From: Octopus bimaculoides | Lineage: Eukaryota | Length of the DNA: 64,000 nucleotides | NCBI RefSeq assembly: GCF_001194135.2 | Contig: NC_068990.1 | Coordinates: 34,080,239 to 34,144,238 of the forward strand | Direction: 5' to 3' | Shown: positions 13,095-26,095 of the stretch, piece by piece | Layout of the letters: the number at the start of each line of letters is the position of its first letter | Position numbering within the stretch: the stretch's first letter is position 1 | Program-made: the position numbers and the translations under genes | The notes under the pieces: generated by a model | Databases searched by the model: none | Seen by the model: the letters and a program-made list of their open reading frames with translations, nothing else | Told to the model about the DNA's origin: nothing

Positions 13095-14460
13095 GTTGAT
13101 TGTGTTGAAATCCTGCGTGTGTGAAGCACACCAATCAAACTCTATGTCATCTTTCATTAGTTCTCAGAGGTTTGCAGTGTGATCAACCATCTTGGATATG
13201 AAGGCCCCCACGTAGTGGATGAGTCCCAGGAAGCTTCTGAGTTCATTTTTATCTTTAGGTTCTTCGATGTGACTGATGGCTTCCACTTTTGCAGGATTTG
13301 GTTTCACTCTCTCTGCAGAGTATATCATTCCAAAGAATTTGCACTCTTTTGCTTTGATCACACATTTGTCTGCATTGAGCTTGATACCTGCTTGTCATGT
13401 TATCTCCATAACATCATGTAGATTGTAGTTGTGTGTGATCTCATCCTTGCCATATACTTGGATGTTGTCTGCTATCCTGACTGCATCCTTGCAGCCTTGG
13501 TAGGTCTCATCTACTTGACAATGGAAGACATCTTGGCTCACCTTTAATCCAACTGGGAGTTGATCGAATTTGCATCTGCCAAATGGTGTGTTGAAGGTAG
13601 TGAGCATGGATGATTCTCGATCTATCTTTATATTCCAGTACCCATTACTGGCATCCAGTTTGCTGAATAGCTAAGATGCAGCTAATGATGGTGTGATTTT
13701 TTCAAGGGTTAATATTAGATAGTAGTCTTGTTTTAATGCCTTGTTCAGATCCCTGGGTTTAAGGCATATTTATAGGGTATCATTGGATTTTCCCTTAATT
13801 ACAATTGAGTTCACCCAGTTGATTGGTTGTGTCACTTCGGTGATTATTTGGGTTTTTTCCCCCTTTTGTCCAACTCTGCTTTTAGCTTCTCTCTTAATTC
13901 TAGCAGAACATGGTGAGGCAGGTGGACAACTGGCTTGACATTGGGATCGACTGTTACATGGTATTGATACTTCTCAAACACCCAATTGTATCGTCAAAAC
14001 ATTTTGGGAACATGTTCATTAGTTCATCTTTATTTTTAATTGGTGGTTGGTCTTTGATAAGCATATCTCTGTCAATCCTGCTCAGGGCTGACTTCACTTC
14101 ACTGTTGATTGACACAATATTGAGCTTTTGGCAGGTATTAAATCCGAGAATTATAGGTCTTTCGGTTCTTGTGACATAAAAAGAACACTTGATTTTTTTT
14201 CCTTTGTGAGTCCCTGCAATGGAATGGTTGCTTTGCCCAGTTGTGGAATCCTGGTACTGCCATATGCAGTCAGGACTACATCACTTGGTGTGAGGATTCC
14301 TTTGTTGACCTTATCCTCTTGCATCATGTATTCTGGGAACATCTTTTTGTAGAGGTTGACAGGCAAGATATTGCAAGAAGTGTGCCCATTTCCAATTTTC
14401 CATGTAAACATGTCCAGCCATCAGGAACAGTACCTTACTTGGAAACATGAGGATTAGCAA
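13095..14460 (-). mobile_element. Ty3/Gypsy LTR retrotransposon pol relic (protease-RT), frameshifted
   Basis: Protease-like segment SCNILP..YKKMFP...LTPSDVVLTAYG. RT motifs TTFNTPFGR, GLKVSQDVF and IADN (decayed IADD). Then KPNPAKVEAI...ELRSFLGL and LMKDDIEFDW. Confidence 0.92.
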
Positions 14461-15364
14461 CTGGAAGAGCCTCCAGCTGTAGAAAATTCACCTGAACAAA
14501 TTTTTCCCAACCCAAGTAGGCATAGAGGAGTGAACAATAATGATATCGTTTGTATTGCTGTATGTCAAGTGGCTTTACAATAGGATTGGTGTGGAATTGA
14601 TAATTATATTTAACAAATTTTCAATTCCAAAATAAAAAAAATGAAATAAATCTAACTTTTTAATGTGCTTGACAGTTAAATTTTACAAATGTAATCACAA
14701 TAATTTACATTTTTCTTGAAATAACTTGAAACTAAAAAGATAGCTATCAACCGTCACAGTGAAAAATGTGAAGAAAAGTTTCAGTAATCTTCATATAATC
14801 TATATACTTTAAAATTTTTTTTTTCAAATTGATATTAAAATATTCTATTCAAACATAACTAAAATTATGTCTCCAATCTAAAATTATGTCTCCAAATTAA
14901 TTAATGATTTACTCAGGTTTATTATTGTAAAGGTTACTATTATGGGAAATTACAGTAAATACAAATTTCATATGTAACCTAAATTAAAATTCTTAAATAA
15001 TTAATTGAAAATTGATTAAATACTTTAAATATTATATAATCAAATTGAAAATCAAGAAAAACAAATCAAGAAAACATACTTTTATCTTATAATTTTTTTC
15101 TTTTATTTTATTTCAAAATAGCAAGAAGCTTGATTGTTTCAAATCTATGACTTGTGATAGTTTCAATTGCATTAAACATTCAAAAGGTGAACTGATTCTA
15201 ATCGCAATAAATTGTCCAGTATTCTCATTCTATAAGCTAAAACATGGCAAGTGAATAAAATCAAATAGGTTTGTTACTAATACAAAAAAAAAAACAAAAA
15301 AAAAAATTGAACACGTCAGCACTTCAATGATATGATTCAATATGCTATTCAATATCTAGGGTGG

Positions 15365-15490
15365 CAAGGTGACAGAAGCATTAGCATGGTGGGCAAAATG
15401 CTCAACAGCATTTTGTCCGTCTTTACGTTTCAAGTTCAAATTTCATTTCATATTATCCACAAAAGAGAAAGAAAATTATCTTTCAGAAAC
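15365..15490 (+). mobile_element. SINE family B partial head
   Basis: GACAGAAGCATTAGCATGGTGGGCAAAATGCT...TTTACGTTTCAAGTTCAAATT aligns to the 59306 copy. Confidence 0.65.
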
Positions 15491-15492
15491 AT

Positions 15493-15815
15493 AGGGCACA
15501 GGAGTGGCTGTGTGGTAAGTAGCTTGCTTACCAGCCACATGGTTCCGGGTTCAGTCCCACTGCATGGCACCTTGAGCAAGTGTTTTCTACTATAGCCTCA
15601 GGCCGACCAAAGCCTTGTGAGTGGATTTGGTAGACAGAAACTGAAAGAAGCCCGTCGTATATATGTATATATGTGTGTCTGTGTTTGTCCCCCTAGCATT
15701 GCTTGACAACTGATGGTAGTGTGTTTATGTCCCCATCACTTAGCAGCTCGGCAAAAGAGGCCGATAGAATAAGTACTAGGCTTACAAAGAATAAGTCCAG
15801 GGGTCGATTTGCTCG
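15493..15815 (+). mobile_element. SINE family A, near full length
   Basis: Head, core, (TA/TG) linker and 3' module all match the other copies. Confidence 0.92.
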
Positions 15816-16482
15816 ATATACATACATACACACACATATATACATACATACATATATATATATACACACACACACACATATATATATACTTACATACATG
15901 CATACATATATATTCATATATATAAACATCTATACAGATATATAAACACATATACATAATAAATATATATATATATACACACACATATATATATATATAC
16001 ACACACAAACACACACGTGTGTGTGTGTGTGTGTGTTTATATATCTATATATAATATACAGATATATTTATATGTGAGTGTGTGTATAAAATCAGAGTTA
16101 TTGTTATCTATACTGTAATATTGTAGTTCAACAAATATATATTGATAAAATAAGTATCAAACTTTAAAACAATTACTGGGATCAATACATTCAACTAAAT
16201 CCTTGAAGGCAGTGCCCCAGTATAGCCACAATCCAATAAGCAGTAAAATACTAAATGAATTAAGAATATACCATACTTGATTTAATTAATTAATTTATAT
16301 CAAAGTAATTGTAGCAATTACCTTATGATATTGAATTACGTTATGATATCTACAACTCTGCTAGACATCACTATGGCTTTACTAATGCTCTGACTCCCAG
16401 TTGGCCTTTACGTATGTTTTTATATTTACAGATCTATACATACACATGTACTGACACACACATGCGCACACGTATGCACATA

Positions 16483-16700
16483 CATCATCATCATTATCAT
16501 CATCATTATCATCATTATTTAACATCCATTCTCTGGTAAGGCTGACGAGCAGGTTAATGGTGGGGGTGCACAAGTCTCCATTGTCTGTTTCAGCATAATA
16601 TCTACAGCTGGATGCTTCACCTAACACCGACCATTTTACAGAGTGCATCGGGTGATTTTAATGTGGCACCAGCACCGGTGCTTTTTATGAGGCACCAGCA
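16483..16700 (-). mobile_element. RTE LINE 3'-end fragment with (GAT)n tail
   Basis: Reverse complement has AAAAAGCACC...GGTTGG..TTAGG.GAAGCATCCAGC...GTTAAATAATGATAATGAT, the same tail as 21050-21640. Confidence 0.75.
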
Positions 16701-16919
16701 CCGATATCAAGTCTGTTGTAGTAGATGGGTCTTCTTTCTGTCTCCCTTTCACCCGTTTTTTTTTTTTTCTTCTCCTCTGCTACAAGACACCTGTATCTGT
16801 CTCTTGAATTGTACTCTTAACTTCCCATCATCTGGCACAAAGCCACCACGTCATCATCATCATCACCACCACCACCACCCTCCTCCTCCTCATCATCATC
16901 ATCATCACCATCATCATAA

Positions 16920-17045
16920 ACCATCAGCCCCAGGAATTATTCTTTGTAAGCCAAGTACTTATTCTATTGGTCCTTACTGCCGAACCGCTAAGTTACGGGA
17001 CCAAAAATACACCAACATCGGTTGTCAAGCAATGGTGGGGAGGGG

Positions 17046-17050
<5 letters not shown>
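16920..17050 (-). mobile_element. SINE family A 3' module
   Basis: Reverse complement of the CTTGACAACCGATG..GGT..GTAACTTAGCGGTTCGGCA...GATAGAATAAGTAC module. Confidence 0.75.
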
Positions 17051-17079
<29 letters not shown>

Positions 17080-17329
17080 CAGGCCTCTCTCTCCTTTCCT
17101 CTCTCACACACTATCTTTCTTCAACCACCACTCTCAACATCAGCACCACCTCCTACACACCTATAACTACCAATTTCTGTTTATTTTTTACTTTATTTGA
17201 GTTACCCCCCACCCACCTAGCATTACCCCAAACGTAGGTAGTAATTGTACTATTGTGTTATTAACGTATAGTTAACATTTTTCCACTTTCAAGTATTCTC
17301 CACTTAGTTGAAGGGGTCCTGTCTTGCAA

Positions 17330-17644
17330 GTTATTTAGTGACCGTGCTGGTGCCATGTAAAAAGCACCCAGTACAATCTGTAAAATTGTTGGTATTAGGA
17401 GAGGCATCCAGCCACAGAAACCATGCGAAAGCAGAAAAACGTAGAGCTTGGTGTAATCTTCTGATTTTCCAGCTCCTGTCAAGCCATCAAACCCATGCCA
17501 GCATGGAAGGACATTAAATGATGAGGTTGATGATGATGATGGTGATGATGATGATGATGATGATGAGGAGGAGGAGGATGGTAGTGGTGATGAAGAGGAG
17601 GAGGAGGAGGATGGTGGTGGTGGTGGTGATGAAGAGCATGATGA

Positions 17645-17678
<34 letters not shown>

Positions 17679-17735
17679 GGTGAGGATGATGATGATGAGG
17701 AGGAGGAGGAGGAGGATGGTGGTGATGATGATGAC
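17330..17735 (+). mobile_element. RTE 3'-end fragment whose tail is expanded into a compound (GAT/GGT/GAG)n repeat
   Basis: GGTGCCATGTAAAAAGCACCCAGTAC...CATGCCAGCATGGAAGGACATTAAATGATG followed by ~215 bp of mixed trinucleotides. Confidence 0.85.
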
Positions 17736-18529
17736 AATGTTTACTTTAACTGCCACTCAGCTTCACATGTATGTTAGCTGTAAAAGCTACAATAAAGTGA
17801 CTGAAAGGCCCAGACTTTTGTCCTTTGTCCTACTTTCTCCCCATCTTCTTTACTCTCCTCCGCATCTCTTCATCGACTCCACAGTTTCCATTTCTCTCCC
17901 TCTTTCTCTTTTCCTCTCTCACACACCCTATCTTTCTTCAATCACCACACTCAACATCAGCACCACCTCCTACACACCTATAACTACCAATTTCTGTTTA
18001 TTTTTTACTTTAAGTTTCCTCCCCTAGCATTACACCAAACGTAGGTAGTAATTGTACTATTGTGTTATTAACGCATAGATGGACAAAGATACCTGGTTAC
18101 AAATATAGATGGATCTAAATTATAAAGTGACAAAGAGTTGACACAGGCACATAAGTTAACACTGGTTGGCAAATACATAAGAATTATACATTCCATAGTT
18201 CAGCCAAGTGTACGTACTTTATACTGTCAATATTTTCTTTTGCTTCCTCTCATACAGCTCAACTCCAACAGATATTTAATAAACGGATATAAAGCAAAAT
18301 AAAGTGGAATGTTGATTGATTCTCTCTAAAATTAGAAGTCAAATATTGTATATAGATCTAATAAGAATAGATATCTTATGTAAATAATTCTTTCAGACAC
18401 AACTGTTATTTCCAATAATCTGTTCTCAATCACTATTGGTATCCTTATCCATATAAAAGTTTCTCACATCCAATAGGTTTTATCATAGTTGCCATTTGGT
18501 TTAAGGAATGCCATAAATTTCAACATATA

Positions 18530-18597
18530 AGCACAGGAGAGGCTGTGTGGTAAGTAGCTTACTTACCAACCGCATGGTTCCGGGTTCAGTCCCACAC
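18530..18597 (+). mobile_element. SINE family A head only
   Basis: GGAGAGGCTGTGTGGTAAGTAGCTT...GGTTCCGGGTTCAGTCCCAC, then a microsatellite. Confidence 0.8.
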
Positions 18598-18653
18598 GTA
18601 AGCACGTGCGCATGCACACACACACACACACACATGCGCACACGCACACACAT

Positions 18654-18692
<39 letters not shown>

Positions 18693-19197
18693 CTCTCTCT
18701 TTCTCTCTCTCTTCAACTCCTGACTCTACTTTTCACTTTTCTTTCTTCAAATTAACCAGGACATATTCAGAATAGATATTTAAATCACCATTTCAGATCT
18801 CACTGAAAAAAAAAGTGCAAATAATAATTTTTCGTTTTTTTTAACCAGTTGGCAGTTATCAGTACTGATCAGCAGCTTGTTCAGTGAAATTATAAACAAA
18901 GCCACTGGTTTGTTTAGACTTTCAGGTTTGGATACTTCTGGTTGACAAATCACAACATGTCAAAACACCAGCGTTCCATAATCCTTCTTTCCAAGGAAAT
19001 GAGTGTGTTATGAACACATTATCATTGTAAAAAAGAAATTGTTCTGTGACCACAACAGTAACTATTACATTTGCATTTGAATCATCCATATAAGGAATAA
19101 ATATGTAAGCCATCATTTCAGATTTTGATGTACACTATGTATATAGCAATAATTTTTTTACAAACTCTTTTTCTTCCCTAACACTGGCTCCCTGTGA

Positions 19198-19520
19198 AGG
19201 TGCATGGCTCCGTGGTTAGAACATCAGGCTCACAATCATGAGGTAGTGAGTTCAATGCCTAGACCGGGCTGTGTGTTGTTTTCTTGAGCAAGACACTTTA
19301 TTTCACATTGCTCCAGTTCAGTCATCTGTAGAAATGAGTTGCAAAATCACTGGTGCCAAGCTGTATTGGCCCTTGCCTTTCCCTTGGATAACATTGGTGG
19401 CATGGAAGAGGGGGGCTGGTATGCATGGGTGACTGCTGGTCTTACATAAACAACTTTGCCCAGACTTGAGCCTCAGAGGGTAACTTTCTAGGTGTAATCC
19501 TATGGTCATTCATGATTAAA
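19198..19520 (+). mobile_element. tRNA-derived SINE family D with a CORE-like central box
   Basis: A-box-like TGGCTCCGTGG and B-box-like GAGTTCAATGCC, then CTTGAGCAAGACACTT, resembling the CTTGGGCAAGT.ACTT core of CORE-type SINEs. The head is shared with 47444-47764. Confidence 0.7.
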
Positions 19521-19864
19521 AGGACTCTTTTCCCTTTACTGGCTCTCTACATCTCTCCCCTACCACCCTCTCTCAACAATAAACTTTTGTAATTCCAATA
19601 AGGACTGGCTTGGACCGTGATGAACCATCCAATGCATTACTGAGCCCATGTACTCAACCCACCTCATCGTCATTACCACTTTGCCTCCCTTGCCTCTCCT
19701 TCACACTTGTCCCTAACATTACTCTTCACCCTCCCTTTTTTTCTCTTCCTCATTATTCCCACCCCAACACAGCATTCTTTGTTATTCTTTCCACTGCCAA
19801 TCTCCCACAACACCAAATCTGTTCCATCTATCATAAGAAACTCTCTTTTGCCTTGTGAGGTAAA

Positions 19865-20285
19865 AAGCTACACCACCAGTGCTGGTGCCATAAAAAAAGC
19901 AGTCAATACACTCAGTAAGAAGTTGGTGAAACCAATCAAGCACCAATAATGCTGGGCTTGAGAGGACTTTTTAGTATTGTTAATAGCAAGACATCTACAG
20001 AGGTGGAGGGTCACAAAAAATGCACCTAGTACAATGGTTAGTATTAGGAAGTTTCATAGAACTGTAGGAACCATGCTAAAAAGTGAGACATTGGAACAAG
20101 ACATGGGACTCTAATCTATTGGATCTTGTTAAACCAAGCAAGTCATGCCGGCATATCTGCATTTCTCCGATGTAAAATGATGAAAATGATGATAATTGTA
20201 CAGTCTTCTGTCTGGTCAGCTCCTATCAAACCATCCAACCCATGCCAGCATGGAAGGTAGACAGTAAATGATGATGATGATATAA
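19865..20285 (+). mobile_element. decayed RTE 3'-end fragments
   Basis: GGTGCCATAAAAAAAGCA... and AACCATCCAACCCATGCCAGCATGGAAGG...AAATGATGATGAT. Confidence 0.65.
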
Positions 20286-20311
20286 ATGTGTATTTGTGTG
20301 CATGTGTGTGG

Positions 20312-20354
<43 letters not shown>

Positions 20355-20721
20355 CATATATATATAACTGAACCACTCCTGTCAGTCAATTTCTTCAATA
20401 AATGGAATTATAAGATTTTACTTGAAATAAATGGTCAGTAATGAAGAAGGAGTGGGTACTGTGTACATCGCCAGTTAATCACACTAATCTAATTTGGGAG
20501 GGGGGGGATTTCCAGGCTATTAAAACTTTCTTAAAACTGTTGGAAAAATATATTTTAAAAAAATTAATAATTTATCTATTTTATGTAGAAACAACTTGTC
20601 GATAGTTACACAAAAATATATATATAATTTACTATTGCAGTTGGAATTAACCCTTTCAATGCAAAAAGCAGATATATTGACTCAAAATTTGATCACTGTT
20701 AAAACTGTGATAGTTTTATAC

Positions 20722-20950
20722 CTTGGCTTTGCAAAAAACTCTGGGGAAGGGGCCAGTTGATTAGATTGACTGGTACTTAATTTATCGACCCTGAAACTGG
20801 TACCTAATTTATCTGGTACCTAATTTATCGACCCTGAAAGGATGAAAGGCAAAGTCGACCTCGGTAGAATTTGAACTCAGAACGTAACGACAAATGAAAC
20901 ACTGCTAGGCATTTCGCCCGGTGTGCTAACATTTCTGCCAGCTCGCTGCC
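20722..20950 (-). mobile_element. SINE family B with internal micro-duplications
   Basis: Reverse complement of the B head GGCAGCGAGCTGGCAGAAATGTTAGC; CTGGTAC.TAATTTATC occurs three times. Confidence 0.9.
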
Positions 20951-21049
20951 TTTTCTGCAAAAATCTCTTCTTATATTCTATGAAACAGAGACATCCTCAG
21001 TGATGCTTTTTACAAATAACCATTTCTCGGATTTTCTTAATTTTTCACA

Positions 21050-21640
21050 CATGCTCCACTGGATGGATAATGTCAGTGTGCATGCACAACAGAGTGTAAA
21101 TGATTTAAGAGGAAAACTGGGTATAAAAACATCAGATGTGTGCAAGAGAGATTGCGCTAATTTGGTCATGGATGAGGACAGCTGCATAAAGAAGTGCTGA
21201 GCTCTAATTGTGGAAGGTATCTGAGGAAGGAGTAGACCCAGGAAGACGTTGGATGAAGAGGTGAGATGCTGTGCCTCACTGAAAAAATGACAAGGGACCT
21301 GGAGATGTGGTGATTTGCCATACTTGATAAGACACGTCAAGCTACGTAAAACTGTTGTCTTCCACACATACAGGCTAGTCCTTTCAGGTGTTAGTGCCAC
21401 TTAAAAAGCACCCATGCTAGTGCTGCATTAATGCACCCAAGACAGTAACATAAAAAAGCATCCAGTACATGCGGTTAAGTGGTTGGCATTAAGAAGGGCA
21501 TCCAGCTGTAGAAGCCATCTGTAGAAGCCATGCCACAACAGACAATTGGAGTCTAGACAACTCCCTGCTAGCCAGCTCCATGTGAAATCATCCAACCCAT
21601 ACCAGCATGGAAAGCGGATGTTAAAGGATGATAATGATTT
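21050..21640 (+). mobile_element. RTE LINE 3' end (ORF2 C-terminus + 3'UTR), decayed
   Basis: MLHWMDNVSVHAQQSVNDLRGKLGI...MDEDSCIKKC..IVEG..GR.RPRKT matches the RTE C-terminal W..N.S...LR..LGI / GRPRKTW pattern, followed by the GAT-tailed UTR. Confidence 0.88.
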
Positions 21641-22559
21641 CATCAAATACCTGTGCAAGAACCAAATATTTTTGGAGGTGGATATGAAAACAATACCTGC
21701 AGGAGATACTGAAAAATTATTGCAGGAGCAGAAAATGTCAATTCTATTTTTTGGGTGGAAAATTAACCATGAAATTTATTTGGAACAGCCAAAAGATTAA
21801 AGAGAAACAAAGGCTGAAATTAGTGAGCATGAACAAGTGGCTGCCGGGGCACAAGGTGGAGTGCAACAACAACAACAACAGTGAAGGCAAGGGCACTCCC
21901 ATGCTGATGGATGAAGTGGCAGTGGTTTATTGAGGACTCACTGGCCTTGCAGGGTCAAGAGGTATGTACCCATGTTGGTGATCAGTAAGCAGAAGAAAGC
22001 AATGAGAACTACCCTTCCACACAATTACCTCATCAAACCATTTGAATACACAAAAAGAAACACACAATAGAGAAAAACAATATAGCACCCATGACTTTCA
22101 GGGACATTTTTTTTTATACTCAAATTTTTCAAAACATGAAATAAACAACCCATATTGGTAAGGACACTAAATCCTCCAATAATCCCATTCTTCCCAAGAT
22201 TTACCAACACTCCACTTGATGTGCCTGTGCAGCTCTTCCTCTTAATGCCTGTGTTTACTTCCCTGTTTGTTAGTGATTTGAATTAGTGTTTGAGTACTGT
22301 GCATGTATTTATAACTATCGTTGCTGTCCTTCCTTACTTGACTTATTGCTTCTCTCTGTCCCCACTTTCAACCTTTTTCCAACAAGTCGTAGTGCACCTG
22401 AGCACTGTAAACAATAAGTTCAGAGTTATTATTTTAAGAACATGTTATGAAATAGCAGCTGAGCTATGTGTGTGTGTGTGTATGTGTTTGTATATTTTTG
22501 TGCATATAAATGCATGTTTGTTTGTGTGACAATGTACATACATGTATCTCATGTATCTC

Positions 22560-22815
22560 TATCAATGTATGTATATAGTGTTTAGCAATGTATGATATAT
22601 GTGTGTGGAAATGTATATATACATATGTGTAACAATGTATATTTACATATGTGTGTCAATGTGTATAAATATGTGTGACAAGGAATGTATGTGTGTGCGT
22701 CAATGAATACGTGTGCACATCAATATATGTATGTGCGTGTGTGAAAGTATGTGTGTGCATGTGGGTGTATGTGTATGCATGTGTGTGTATGTGTGTCAAA
22801 GCGTGTATGTGTGTA
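22560..22815. repeat. degenerate (TG/TA)-rich low-complexity tract
   Basis: Direct reading of the sequence. Confidence 0.85.
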
Positions 22816-22974
22816 ACATATGACACGAAAATTGGAATTTTACAATAAAGCAGTAAACAAATATGACAGTTATTTGTTAAGACATGTGGCCACTGGGCTA
22901 ATAACCAAATGGATTCAGTGAATGTTAATCTGACTGAACATATATGTGGACACTCACATATACATCTTTTTGTC

Positions 22975-23433
22975 TTTTAGAAGATTCCACTGCACTTATT
23001 TTAAAAGAATTTTTAACCGAATGAATCAAACCCAGTACTTTCTTTTTAAGACTGATACTTCATTGAATCGGTCTCTTTTTGCTTTGTCAAACTGCTAAGT
23101 CACAAAGAAATAAACACACCAACACCAGTTGTCAAGCAGTGGTGGGTGACAAACACAGACATATAAACATACACACACACACACACACTCGACGGGCTTC
23201 TTTCAGTTTCCATCTGCCAAATCCACTCACAAGGTCACCAGTTTACCTGTTCCAATCAAACCATGTAACCTATGCCAGCATAGAAAGCAGATGCTAAATG
23301 GTGATGATAATGATGATACATATACACATATATATATATATATATACATATATATATACATATATATATACACACACACACAGGTATATATAAACACACA
23401 CACACATGTATATATACACACACATACCTGTAT

Positions 23434-23474
<41 letters not shown>

Positions 23475-23560
23475 TAACAGGCTTATTTCAGGTTCTGTCT
23501 ACAAAATCAACTCACAAGACGTTGGTCAGCCCATAGCTATTGTAGAAGACACATGCCCAA
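22975..23560 (-). mobile_element. nested cluster: SINE A pieces interrupted by a plus-strand RTE tail (~23240-23320) and microsatellites
   Basis: Family-A modules at 22975-23235 and 23470-23560, with CCTATGCCAGCATAGAAAGCAGATGCTAAATGGTGATGAT between them. Confidence 0.75.
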
Positions 23561-24084
23561 GATATTGAATATTGAAGTAAGCTTGCTGTATATTACCAAT
23601 GAGGAATATGATGACTGTTGGCGTGGTAAGTCCAGAGGCTAACACAGCATGAACACCTGATGAAGTGAGATCGTAATAAACAGGTTATTCATAGTTAAAA
23701 CAACACAGTTCACATGTTTACAGCATTAATACCTTTCTAACTGGCATCAATGTCACATATTGTAATATCTGACGAAGGTAAACACTTTTGTTACAGAAAT
23801 GGAAATCAATATGATGATGAGTGTTGTTGAGTAAAGAAATTAGGATATTTGTTGGTGCCATTGGATGGAGAAACTATAAATAGTAATAGAAGTGAGTTGC
23901 GAAAACATCAGTAGCAGGTTTACAGTGGCTGCACAAATAAAGGACATCCCGGTGTGAGGATGGTTAGCATGGAGAAGAGAAGGATAGAAGTGACAGAAAC
24001 AGTGCAAAGTTGGTTCTATTGTGAAAGATGTTACACATTTCAGTATCAGAATTGGTAAATATAGCACAGTGAGAGAGGTGAGAG

Positions 24085-24500
24085 GAGAGAATGTGAGACA
24101 GAGAGGGAAAATGTAACAGAGGGTGTGATTGAATCTGTGAGAGAAAGAGAGAGGGGAGGGGGACGAGGTGTGAAAAAGCTGAAAAAGCAGGGTGGGAGAT
24201 AGAGAGAAAGTGAGAGGAAGAGAATGCGAGAGAAGTATAGCAGGCTGGAAACAGAGAGAGTGATAGATAGAGCGACAGAGAGAGAAATGAGAGAGGGGGG
24301 AGATTACAAGGTACAGAGAGGGGGAGAACATTTATAAGATGGGGAGACTTTGAGACAGAGAGAGAGAGGGGAAAGAGTATAGAAACAAAGAGAGAAGAAA
24401 CATGATGAAGGAAAACACATTAAGTGGGGACAAAAAGAAAGATGGAAAGGTAGAAAGAAAGAAAGAAAGAGAAAAAGAGCACAAGAGAAGGAGAGGCGGG
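24085..24500 (+). repeat. purine-rich (GA) low-complexity tract
   Basis: About 400 bp dominated by G and A on the + strand. Confidence 0.85.
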
Positions 24501-24853
24501 GAGAGGATATTGTGTAATGGAAGTAAACTTTCAGTAAAAATACAAAAGAAATTAAAGAAATATAAAGTAATCCTTGGTGACTATAATTGGAAGGAGATGC
24601 AATGAGGTGAAGAGACATTTCAATAAAGAATAGGAAATACTGAATAGAATCCAATCGTATGAGAAGACATTTAAAGTGAAAAAAAAAGAGGTATATAGAA
24701 ATATATATATATATATATATATATACGTATACATACTGATTGTACGACTGTAAAATAGTGAAGTAAATTTATTGACTAATTTCATTTTCAAGCAATAAAC
24801 CTAAGAATGGAATTAATTCTGAGAATATAAATAAACTAGATATGAGTGTATAT

Positions 24854-24905
<52 letters not shown>

Positions 24906-25533
24906 TTATATTTTGCAAAATGTTTTTAAATTTTATATTTCTAATATTTCTTACTTTAGAAAGTTATAGCAAACTTCAATGTAACATTTTTAGATCATTA
25001 TTTATTGAAACTATCTCAGTCACAATCAATTGAACGTTTTTTTTTTTTTTTGGTTTTAGTTTTTTTCTTTTTTGCAAAAAGCAAAGAAAAAAAAGCACAG
25101 AAGAGAAATTGCATTTTTTCATTTTAAAATTAATTATTTTACATTACTAATTCAAATTTAAATCAATAAAATGCTATTTGGAAGAGGAAAAAAATTTCTC
25201 GAAATAGAATTGCTGTTTAACATTGTTTTCCTCAAGGCCTGTTGTAGTTCAACAATGTAATATTGATAGGATCATCATTTGTCTTAATTAAATTAGGGCT
25301 TGAAATATTTGCTAATCATTAGAAATAATCAACTAATAAATCAGTAAAATAAAGGATTTTTACAAGGATTATAATGAAATCCATTGAATCCTGATATTAA
25401 CTGGATTAGAAAAAAATAGTGTCATGTCTTTATTGGAAATGTGTAAAACCTAACCAACCGTTTACAGCCAACTCCAACTTACATTCACATATTCACAGCT
25501 CTGTGTGTGTGTGTGTGTGTGTATATTAATTAC

Positions 25534-25844
25534 TTGTTGTTGGCACTCCATCGCTTACGACATCGAGGGTTCCAGTTGATCTGATCAATGGAACAACCTG
25601 CTTGTGAAATTAACGTGCAAGTGGCTGAGCACTTCACAGACAAGTGTACCCTTAACGTAGTTCTTGGGGATATTCAGCGTGACAGTGTGACAAGGCCGAC
25701 CCTTTGAATTACAGGCACAACAGAAACAGGAAGTAAGAGTGAGAGAAAATTGTGGTGAAAGAGTACAGCAGGGTTTGCCACCATCCCCTGCTGGAGCCTC
25801 ATGGAGCTTTAGGTGTTTTCGCTCAATAAACACTCACAACGCCC
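25534..25844 (-). mobile_element. SINE family C, 5'-truncated
   Basis: Reverse complement aligns to 4384-4764 from GTGAGTGTTTATTGAGCG to GTGCCAACAA. Confidence 0.9.
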
Positions 25845-25904
25845 TAATTTCTTGTAGGGACATCATATTCATTCTGCAGCCATAATATACTACCAGGCAT
25901 CATC

Positions 25905-26095
25905 ATCATCATCATCATCATTTAACATCCGTTTTCCATGGATTCGACGGTTTGACAGAAGGTGACCAGCTGTAGGGCTACTCAGGTTTCCTTGTCTGTT
26001 TTGGCATGGTTTTTTATGGCTGGATACCCTTCCTAATGCTAACCACTTTACAATGTGTACTGAGTGCATTTGCATGGCACCAGCACCTACGAGCC
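25905..26095 (-). mobile_element. RTE 3'-end fragment
   Basis: (CAT)n TTTAACATCCGTTTTCCATG...GGCTGGATACCCTTCCTAATGCTAACCAC. Confidence 0.8.

Noticed and set aside
14862-14900. 19-bp tandem duplication (similar ones at 9145-9190 and 21506-21531)
   Set aside because: Ordinary slippage duplications with no further structure.
16612-18027. His-rich, Ser/Pro-rich and Met/Arg/Val-rich ORFs
   Set aside because: They are translations of compound trinucleotide repeats and SINE/RTE pieces, with no domain signal.
23652-23695. Second hammerhead-like CTGATGA motif
   Set aside because: There is no GAAA after a stem II (GTAA instead) and no convincing helices.
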